DNA of 64,000 bases, taken from positions 69,151 through 133,150 of the forward strand of contig JBBDRQ010000034.1 in NCBI GenBank assembly GCA_040905365.1, in the 5' to 3' direction. Origin of the DNA: Actinomycetota bacterium. Lineage in GTDB: Bacteria; Actinomycetota; CADDZG01; JAHWKV01. Shown one piece after another: positions 56,986-64,000 of this stretch (its first letter is position 1; the number at the start of each line of letters is the position of its first letter). A program made the position numbers and the translations under genes. Under the pieces are notes generated by a model that saw only the letters and a program-made list of their open reading frames with translations, searched no databases and was not told the origin of the DNA.

Positions 56986-59900
56986 GCACCGGCTCCACCA
57001 GCAACTCAGGCATCGCCAGTTCCCCCAAGCGCTCCTCGGAGAACTGTTCCTCGGTCTCAGTTACCGCGGCAATCAGAGCCTCGAGCCGGGCGGATTTGTA
57101 GCCGGCCAACACCTCGCGGGCCACAACAGCCGGCAAGCGGTCGACGAATTTCACGTGCAGCAGCGTCAGTCCCTGCGCTTCGTCGCCCTTGCGCTCCGGT
57201 ATGAGTATCACCGGGCGGTTGTCACTGCGCCCGATGGTGACCTCCACCTCCGCCTTCTCGAGTGCGGCCCGCTTGGTGCCCCTTAGCCGTGGGTCGGTTT
57301 CCGTGCGCGAGCGCACTTTGGCCGCAATCCCCTGCTGCTCCAGCACGTGGATGGTCGCCGACTGTGAGGAGGGGTCGCCCTGGATCCCGTAGCGCGTGTA
57401 GCCGACCACCTCCTGAACCGCCGGATCCAGCGCAGCAAGGGCCCGCAGTGCCCGATAGCCGAGCTGTTCGGTGCGCGGGCCCAAAGCCATAACCCGCTTC
57501 ACCAGCGGCACACCGAACAAGCCGTCCTCAGAGCGGGAAATGCCCACCGTGACCGTCTTGGCCTGATGCTTGACGGCGTCGATCGACCGAGTCAGGTCGT
57601 CGATGATAAACGTCAACAGGCCGACGAACTCGTCGAGAAATACCTTGGGGCTCACACCCGACCCGCGCTCGAGTTCGTACACCTCGAAAGGGATCTCCCC
57701 GATCGCGCAACGCAGAAGAAGACCCAGGCGCATCGCCTTTCCGAGGCTGATCACGCCGTCGCAAGCCCCGTCGTTCACCGAATCCAAAAACGAGCTGGCG
57801 AACGGCTCTATTCGCTCGGGCAGTGAAGCCACGATCGACGCCGCGCTCAATCCGGCACCGGCTAGCTCCTGCACCTCGACGCGAATTTGACGCAAAGGCA
57901 AAGCGAGTGCGTCGATAGCCAGGGCGGCTTCGTAACCGAACAGATGACCGACCATGGCCGAGAGGATGAAGTCGAGCTTCGGGTGGACCTCGGGCACGCT
58001 AATCGTATCGGCGTGATCAAACCGATCCTGTCCATCGGAAGCGATGACGATCGGGGCAGCCTTGTGCGCCCTGTATATGGCGACCTCCCTTTGGACGTCC
58101 TCCGCCATAGCTCCGTTGATGCCCGCAGCGCACACGAGTATCAGCGGCTCCGCCGACAGGTCTATGTGTTTTTTGTCCTCGGTACTGTCGCAGGCCACGG
58201 ACTTGTAACAAAGCTCCGAGAGCTTGATCCGCACCTCAGCGGCCGCTATCTTGTTGTCGCCGTTACCCACCACCGCCCAGTGGCGCCTGCGCGATGCGTG
58301 TCGAGACGCGACAGCCGAAATCAGCTCCCTTCGGTCGAGCACCTGCTCCATAGCCACAGGCAGCCGCTCCAAAGCTTCCAGCAACCCCTCGCCCTCGGCA
58401 TCCAGCGAACCGGCCGCGTCGGCGATAGCCAGCCCCAACAAGAAACCGGCCGCCACCTGCGCATAGAAAGCCTTAGTGGATGCGACACTCATCTCCACGT
58501 CGCGACCGTCGGAGGTGTGCAGGACGCCGTCGACCTTCTCACCAAGCTCGGTGTTACGCCGGTTGACTATGGCCAGCACCGATGCGCCCCTACCCTTTAC
58601 AAGATCGACGGTTCGGTTGGTGTCTGTGGTGGTACCCGACTGGCTAACCGCTATTACCAACGTGTCGCTCATGTCGTCGCGCAACGAGAATCCGCTGAAC
58701 TCCGATGCCGTGAGCGCCGAAACCGCCACTCCCTGCGCCTCCAAGGCGCCGGCGACCGCAGCCGCCACCGCCTGACCAGCCACGGCCGCGGTACCCTGAC
58801 CGATAACCACCGCCTTACTAAACGCCCGGTCTGCCAACTTCCGCTTGATGATCTCGGGTAGCGCCCCCGAGCCGAGACGCACCCGCTTGTGGCCGTCTTC
58901 CTCCACGATGCGCCCGCGCAGGGTATTGCAAAAGGAGGTGGGCGATTCGGAGATCTCCTTGAGGAGGAAATGCGCGAAACCCTGGCGGTCAATATCACGG
59001 GTGGTGATCTGAGGCACCGCCACGTCCTCCTTGGTTACGGACCGCCGGCCCCAGTCGTACCCCCTGCGGTCCACCCCTTCCAGCGAACCGGCCTCCTCGC
59101 CGTCGAGGAACACCAGACGCCCCGTCGTAGCATCCCCGTCCATCCTCAGGTAACGGTCCGCGTCCTCAACTACCCCATACGGCTCGCTCGCCACCACGAA
59201 AGAGTCCTCGGCCATGCCTATGTACAGCGCTTGACCGCTCCCCCTGACCGCCAGCATCAGCCCTTCCGGCTCCTCGGCGCAGTTGGCTACGATCGCCATC
59301 GAGCCTTCGAGCTCATTAACGCAGCCGGCGAAGGCTCGCTTGGGATCCTCACCCCCGGCCACACGCCGCGCGGTCATCACAGGAATCACTTTGGCGTCGG
59401 TGGTAACCATGTCCGGAAACCGCAGCTTATGTCGGTCCACCAGCGACGCGTAGTTGTCGATGTCCCCGTTCAACACCCCCACAACGTGCGGCCACCCCTC
59501 GGGGCTGTCCTCCTCGAGACCGTCCAAAGGGTGAGCGTTCGGTTCCGAGACCGTTCCCACGCTGGCCCAGCGCGTATGACCGAGCACCGTCGCATAGGCC
59601 GATCCGCCAAGCGCCATCCTCAGCAGATCGTCGCCCGCGATGCTTTTCCTAATGGCGGCTACGTTGTCGCCCAGTTCACCAATCTCAGCCGCTGCCTTGT
59701 AAACGAAGCCCGCATACTTAGTTCCGCAGCGTAGGGCTCCGGACTTAAACAAGCCGTCACTCCACCGCGGCGCGGCCAAAGCCTGCACCTCCGGGTCCCG
59801 CCAATCCAGGCCGTGATTAAACACCATCACGTGGACGCCGGCCGAATCCCGTCCCCGCACCTCCATGCGATCCAAGGCCGACAGTGCCGCTTGAATTGAC

Positions 59901-60355
59901 GTATACGCTTCAATCGCCGCGCGTCCGGTATTGCTGCCGCACAGATCGCAAACTGCCAAGCCCGTCCGCAGGCGATCTCGGTCAATAGCCCACAGCAAGT
60001 CCCGCACGGCGACGAAGCGCACCCTCACGCGTTCCAACGTCTCGGGTGCAATCTCGTGCGCGCTGCCGTAGAGACTGCGGTCCAAGTGATCCACGGTAGC
60101 TCCCAGCAGATCCGTCCGCTTGGAGATCTGTTCAGGTAAATCGGGGTCCTTGATCAACGCTAGTGCCCCGGCGGCGCCCCTTAGAAGATCGTTGGCCACA
60201 CCCAATCGACTGCAAGCCTCGGCCAGCCTCGACTCCAGATCCGCGTCTGCGGGGAGCAAGCTTCTGTGCGCTGCCTCCAGCTCACCCAGCAGCTGGCCGG
60301 CTGACGGCGGCGGTCTGCGATTGGGCCGGCGTACTACCGCGACTATTCCACACAC
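56957..60355 (-). CDS. Atypically long (about 1130 aa) class-II glutamine amidotransferase / tandem-SIS protein (GlmS-like)
   Basis: GTG start giving the (M)CGIVAVV Ntn-cysteine N-terminus. The RGRDSAG motif is displaced about 150 residues by an insertion. An FAHFLLKEI... region is followed by two SIS domains (SQSGTT..., VACDSTEDKK...) and then a roughly 330-aa C-terminal extension of unknown function. Confidence 0.7.
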   Translation of the reverse strand: MCGIVAVVRRPNRRPPPSAGQLLGELEAAHRSLLPADADLESRLAEACSRLGVANDLLRGAAGALALIKDPDLPEQISKRTDLLGATVDHLDRSLYGSAHEIAPETLERVRVRFVAVRDLLWAIDRDRLRTGLAVCDLCGSNTGRAAIEAYTSIQAALSALDRMEVRGRDSAGVHVMVFNHGLDWRDPEVQALAAPRWSDGLFKSGALRCGTKYAGFVYKAAAEIGELGDNVAAIRKSIAGDDLLRMALGGSAYATVLGHTRWASVGTVSEPNAHPLDGLEEDSPEGWPHVVGVLNGDIDNYASLVDRHKLRFPDMVTTDAKVIPVMTARRVAGGEDPKRAFAGCVNELEGSMAIVANCAEEPEGLMLAVRGSGQALYIGMAEDSFVVASEPYGVVEDADRYLRMDGDATTGRLVFLDGEEAGSLEGVDRRGYDWGRRSVTKEDVAVPQITTRDIDRQGFAHFLLKEISESPTSFCNTLRGRIVEEDGHKRVRLGSGALPEIIKRKLADRAFSKAVVIGQGTAAVAGQAVAAAVAGALEAQGVAVSALTASEFSGFSLRDDMSDTLVIAVSQSGTTTDTNRTVDLVKGRGASVLAIVNRRNTELGEKVDGVLHTSDGRDVEMSVASTKAFYAQVAAGFLLGLAIADAAGSLDAEGEGLLEALERLPVAMEQVLDRRELISAVASRHASRRRHWAVVGNGDNKIAAAEVRIKLSELCYKSVACDSTEDKKHIDLSAEPLILVCAAGINGAMAEDVQREVAIYRAHKAAPIVIASDGQDRFDHADTISVPEVHPKLDFILSAMVGHLFGYEAALAIDALALPLRQIRVEVQELAGAGLSAASIVASLPERIEPFASSFLDSVNDGACDGVISLGKAMRLGLLLRCAIGEIPFEVYELERGSGVSPKVFLDEFVGLLTFIIDDLTRSIDAVKHQAKTVTVGISRSEDGLFGVPLVKRVMALGPRTEQLGYRALRALAALDPAVQEVVGYTRYGIQGDPSSQSATIHVLEQQGIAAKVRSRTETDPRLRGTKRAALEKAEVEVTIGRSDNRPVILIPERKGDEAQGLTLLHVKFVDRLPAVVAREVLAGYKSARLEALIAAVTETEEQFSEERLGELAMPELLVEPVLSLAEKWRR

Positions 60356-60409
60356 CAGCAAATCGTACCGCGACGGCGGGAGGATGCCGGTCGGTAGCTT
60401 AAGCGCCCT

Positions 60410-61396
60410 CTACCTCAGCGCCGCCCGCGGCAGATCCGGTCCCGCCGGACTCTTCCCGTCCCCGCCCAAGGTAAGGATCTCCACCCCGCCCTCGGTCACG
60501 ATTACCGTGTGCTCAAACTGTGCCGTAGGAAGCAGATCGTCGGTGACCACGGTCCAGCGATCGTCCCAAACGTGGTGGCGCGGGGTTCCCGTTGTGATCA
60601 TCGGCTCTACGGTGAACGTCATTCCCGGCTCCAGGATCGCTCGATCGTTGGAGTTGATGGCGTGGTTGACGTGAGGAGCCGCATGGAAGACTCTACCGAT
60701 TCCGTGGCCCCCGTAGTCGAGCACCACGCCCAAGCCGTGGGCAACCGCGAAGGGCTCTATAGCCTCGGCTATCACCCGGATCGACTTGCCCGGCTCTACC
60801 GCGGCGATACCAGTCAGCGTCGCCTCACGGGTTAGGCGCACCAGGCTTTCCAGCTGGGGGTTGAGCTCGCCCACCGCAAAGGTCGCCGACGTGTCACCGT
60901 GCATGCCCTCGATGTAGGCGGTGACGTCGATATTCACGATGTCACCCTCCTGCAGCGGGCGGTCATCCGGGATCCCGTGACACACCACCTCGTTAACCGA
61001 AGTACAGATCGACTTGGGGAACCCGCGGTACCCGAGAGTACTCGGATAGGCGCCGCGGCTGATGTACTCCTCGTGCGCAATGCGGTCCAACTCGTCGGTC
61101 GTCACGCCCGGAGCGACGGCTTCGCCGGCGGTGCGAAGTATCTCCGAGGCCGTCCGGCAAGCTACCCGTAGCCGCTCGAGAGCTTCCCCCGAATGGATCT
61201 GATACTCACCGGTGGGCAGCGCGGCCGGGCCGTCCACGTAGTCGGGACGCTCGATCGTGTCGGGAACCGGCCTTGTCTCTGACACCTGACCCGGCTCTAC
61301 GGGCCTGCGGCGCAGGCGGCGCTGGTCACCATGACAACGCTTGAACTTCTTTGCCGAGCCGCACCAGCACGGCGCGTTCGCCTTCAAACGCTTCAC
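60410..61396 (-). CDS. map: Type I methionine aminopeptidase with N-terminal zinc-finger extension
   Basis: MetAP catalytic core (HGIPDDRPLQEGDIVNIDVT..., metal ligands D/D/H/E/E pattern) preceded by TRPVPDTIERPDYV and CWCGSAKKFKRCHG. Start placed at GTG 61396, which forms a GTGA overlap with the upstream ORF stop. The tool's ATG 61534 would overlap that ORF by 142 nt. Confidence 0.85.
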   Translation of the reverse strand: MKRLKANAPCWCGSAKKFKRCHGDQRRLRRRPVEPGQVSETRPVPDTIERPDYVDGPAALPTGEYQIHSGEALERLRVACRTASEILRTAGEAVAPGVTTDELDRIAHEEYISRGAYPSTLGYRGFPKSICTSVNEVVCHGIPDDRPLQEGDIVNIDVTAYIEGMHGDTSATFAVGELNPQLESLVRLTREATLTGIAAVEPGKSIRVIAEAIEPFAVAHGLGVVLDYGGHGIGRVFHAAPHVNHAINSNDRAILEPGMTFTVEPMITTGTPRHHVWDDRWTVVTDDLLPTAQFEHTVIVTEGGVEILTLGGDGKSPAGPDLPRAALR

Positions 61397-61704
61397 GAAA
61401 CCCGCGAGGGAACGCCGCGCACTACCTTGTTCCAGCACCCGGGGTGATAGTGGCGCCGCTCGTCCGGCCGTCCATCGGGCACCGAAACCAGATGGGATTG
61501 GCCGGCAGGAATCGTCCCCTGACAGTACGGACACCGGTAAGATTTGTCCTTACCGGTGCTTCTGCGGACTGCGTACCCTTCAAGCCGAGCCCCGGAGGGG
61601 CCGAGCAGACGCTCCGACATCACGGCGATCTCCTCGCTGGTGTCCAGCCGAGATGACGAACCTTTGGGTGATTTGCGCGTCCTGCGGGGCATGGGTGTCC
61701 TCAC
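61393..61704 (-). CDS. Small zinc-ribbon protein upstream of map
   Basis: CPYC...HPGC pattern. Translationally coupled (GTGA) to map. Start uncertain. Confidence 0.45.
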   Translation of the reverse strand: MRTPMPRRTRKSPKGSSSRLDTSEEIAVMSERLLGPSGARLEGYAVRRSTGKDKSYRCPYCQGTIPAGQSHLVSVPDGRPDERRHYHPGCWNKVVRGVPSRVS

Positions 61705-61761
61705 TTACGACTTACGCCGACCTTACTTCGATCCGGCAACCCAACCATACTAAAGGCAAGC

Positions 61762-62103
61762 TCACTCTCCCGATCCGCTTCCGGCTAGTACTGCCACCAC
61801 GTCGACCCAGGGGACCAGGCCCCCGCACGTCGGACACACCGACGCGTCCTTTTGCACGTCGATGAACGCCACGCCCCGCGGCGCCAGCTGCTCCCTTAGG
61901 TGCTCGACCAAATCCGGCGTCTGTTCGGATTCCCCATCGGGAAGCCAGCCGTTTCCTGCCATCCAACGCTCCAGGTCCTCGGCCTCCAGCGTGAGGGATT
62001 GCTCGAGGACCGGAAGGACCCAAGACGCGGGGATCCAAAACTGGATGACCTGGCCACAGCGGTGGCGAATCCCGATCATGACGGACTTACTTGCTTCGGT
62101 CAC
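61762..62103 (-). CDS. Hypothetical protein
   Basis: 113-aa ORF, with CPTCGG near the C-terminus. No family recognised. Confidence 0.4.
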   Translation of the reverse strand: MTEASKSVMIGIRHRCGQVIQFWIPASWVLPVLEQSLTLEAEDLERWMAGNGWLPDGESEQTPDLVEHLREQLAPRGVAFIDVQKDASVCPTCGGLVPWVDVVAVLAGSGSGE

Positions 62104-62277
62104 AGCTGCGGGGGTATATACACCCGGCAGGCCGGATTGCGTCGAGCCTCAAAGTGATACATGGGACCATGGTCCCAGCGATTGAGCGTCTCCGCCAAGC
62201 GCAGCGGTGACGCTGCGTTGGACGGCGACGCCGAATCCACAAGTCCGTTTATCCGAACCGAACTTTAGGAGGTCTCC

Positions 62278-62856
62278 ATGGTTTTCGTAACGTCGACGAT
62301 GCTTCCGCTGAGCAGCGAAATGCCCGCCTTTCAATTGCCCGACCCGTCGGGGAGACTCGTCTCCAGTGAAAGCTTGCAGGGAGCACCGGCAACGCTGGTG
62401 ATGTTCATATGCAACCACTGCCCCTACGTCAAACACATTAAGCCGAAGCTTGCCGAGGTCACCAAGGAGCTGACCGAACGCGGCGTTGCGGTTGTAGGAA
62501 TCAACAGCAACGATCCCGAGAGCCACCCAGATGACGCGCCGCCGGCGATGGCTGAGGAGATCAATAGGTACGGCTACTCCTTCCCTTACCTGGTAGACGA
62601 CACTCAGCAGGTGGCCAAGGCTTTTCGGGCGGCCTGCACGCCCGACTTTTTCCTGTTCGACGTCGACCACAAGCTCGCGTATCGGGGGCAATTCGACGAC
62701 AGCCGTCCGAAAAACGACCTACCGGTCACCGGCTCAGACCTGATGAATGCCGTAGGGGCCCTACTCGAGGGCAAACCGGCACCCGAAGATCAAAAACCCA
62801 GTATCGGATGCAACATCAAATGGAAGCCGGGTAACGAGCCCGAATATTTTGGATAG
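62278..62856 (+). CDS. Thioredoxin-fold thiol-disulfide oxidoreductase (AhpC/TSA-like)
   Basis: CNHC active-site motif in a thioredoxin-like fold. GGAGG Shine-Dalgarno 7 nt before the ATG. Confidence 0.75.
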   Translation: MVFVTSTMLPLSSEMPAFQLPDPSGRLVSSESLQGAPATLVMFICNHCPYVKHIKPKLAEVTKELTERGVAVVGINSNDPESHPDDAPPAMAEEINRYGYSFPYLVDDTQQVAKAFRAACTPDFFLFDVDHKLAYRGQFDDSRPKNDLPVTGSDLMNAVGALLEGKPAPEDQKPSIGCNIKWKPGNEPEYFG

Positions 62857-63089
62857 CCGAGGCTGACACCCGGTCCGGCGGTTAACAAGAGCGCTCAAGT
62901 GCCGGCCCCGCCCCACTGGGCCCGGATACTAGTGTCGTGACCACTAACGTTTGCGAGGTTTGGAGCGCGTGAGGTGTTTCCTGGCAAGGCCGCACTGAGC
63001 GCCGCTAGCTTCGCCCTAACGGTGCGAGGGAGAACGCAGCCAGGGGCAGCTCACGCCGCCAAACGCCCCGAAGGTTGGTGGTCACGGCA

Positions 63090-63821
63090 CTAGACGAGGG
63101 CGAGCTTTCGCAGATCGACGACGCTGCCGTTGTCCAGCCCCTGTCCTAGAACGCCCCACATCTTCTCGGCGGCTTCCTCCGGGGGCGTCAGCTTGCCCGC
63201 CGCGTGCAGGTCCACGAACTTCTGCCGGTTCGGAAAGTCGCGCGCATCGGTCTCACGGAGCGTCTTTTGCATACCCGTATCCACGGTACCCGGCGCTATC
63301 GACACGATTTTGACGCCACCCCGCAGGTCCTGCTCGGCTCCTGCATCGCGCACCCACTGGTCCATCGCGGCCTTCGATGCTCCATACGAAGCCCACCCCG
63401 GGTAGACGCTCTGAGCTGCTCCCGAACTCATCATCATCAGATGGCGCTCGGCGTTGACTGAGCGAGCCGCCTTGAGAAACATGTGACCCAGCACCTGCGG
63501 CGCCGCGCTGTTGAGGACCACGCTGCGGGCGTATGCATCGGTGTCCACCTCGCCCGCGAAGCCGATAGACTCCACATCGCCCGCCGCCTGGATGAACACA
63601 ACCCGGTCACCCTCGAAGTGGGCCAGCTCCTCGGCAAACGAGAGGCCGACCTTGCTCCAAGCCGACGGATCGGACAGATCCGCTTCAACGTGTTCGATGC
63701 CCACGGGCGGTCGCCGGGAGATGCCGATGATCCGCGCATCCTTCCACGGCACCGTCTGCGCCAAAGCGGCACCGATGCCTGAGGAAGCTCCAGTGATCCA
63801 AATAAGAGACTTAACCATCAT
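63090..63821 (-). CDS. Short-chain dehydrogenase/reductase (SDR)
   Basis: TGASSGIG Rossmann motif at the N-terminus (start at internal ATG) and the catalytic YxxxK (YGASK). Confidence 0.85.
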   Translation of the reverse strand: MMVKSLIWITGASSGIGAALAQTVPWKDARIIGISRRPPVGIEHVEADLSDPSAWSKVGLSFAEELAHFEGDRVVFIQAAGDVESIGFAGEVDTDAYARSVVLNSAAPQVLGHMFLKAARSVNAERHLMMMSSGAAQSVYPGWASYGASKAAMDQWVRDAGAEQDLRGGVKIVSIAPGTVDTGMQKTLRETDARDFPNRQKFVDLHAAGKLTPPEEAAEKMWGVLGQGLDNGSVVDLRKLALV

Positions 63822-64000
63822 CCCTCCAGTCGAGTTTTGCTGGACTTTTTCCCCGCAGCACGAGTCTGCGGCTCGCCGGCCCGTCATGAACCCCGGCGAC
63901 TGCCGCGCTCCGCACCGGGAACGCTTCCAAAAGTGCTTATCACGATTCAGGCTACCGCAAACGACCAAGGGTCTCAGCACCCTCCACGTTGCTCGTTTCG

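Noticed and set aside
796-59734. Many long ORFs antisense to strong homolog-bearing genes, with Arg/Pro/Gly-rich translations
   Set aside because: Examples are 796..2301+, 3011..4285+, 3951..4943-, 13213..13857+, 15572..16492-, 18120..19088-, 20011..20574+, 27894..29630+, 29933..30817+, 31845..32753+, 57887..58861+, 58889..59734+. They are typical high-GC antisense open frames opposite dnaE, ileS, malQ, glgX, murC, murG, ftsW and the GlmS-like gene, with no family similarity and composition-driven sequence.
1-64000. CRISPR arrays, tRNA/rRNA genes, transposases/integrases
   Set aside because: Scanned intergenic regions by eye for repeat-spacer periodicity, tRNA T-loop (GGTTCGA-type) motifs and transposase-like ORFs. 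None were found.

Overview
High-GC (about 65-70%) genome segment with an actinobacterial-type gene repertoire (class E sortase, DivIVA/SepF/YggT/YggS after FtsZ). Very frequent GTG/TTG starts and 4-nt start/stop overlaps.

Main content:
- The 3' end of a his operon (hisD-hisC), then dnaE.
- A Na/Pi symporter; a MacB/FtsX-type ABC exporter operon with a tethered lipoprotein; lspA-rluD; ileS; malQ/glgX.
- A near-complete division/cell-wall (dcw) cluster: mraZ-rsmH-ftsL-ftsI-murE-murF-mraY-ftsW-murG-murC-murB-ftsQ-ftsZ-yggS-sepF-yggT-divIVA. murD is conspicuously absent from its canonical mraY/ftsW slot.
- An accessory-looking stretch (about 41.8-54.5 kb) with thiE, a DUF59 Fe-S assembly protein, a sortase-E surface-protein locus behind an AT-rich leader, moaA, and a MerR-controlled SagB-type tandem-nitroreductase operon.
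- Then recN, an atypically long GlmS-like amidotransferase, map, a thioredoxin-like protein and an SDR.

The most notable call is a gene the ORF track cannot see. 43748..44221 (+) is an intact glycine-reductase selenoprotein A (grdA) homolog. Its active-site selenocysteine is encoded by an in-frame TGA at 43874..43876 (motif E-C-F-V-U-T-A-S-G-A-M-D), and a candidate SECIS hairpin starts about 10 nt downstream. The track reported only the C-terminal 109 codons after the TGA. The gene sits alone: no grdB/C/D/E, trx or sel genes are in the window, and it is transcribed divergently from thiE.

No rRNA, tRNA, CRISPR array or transposase was found.
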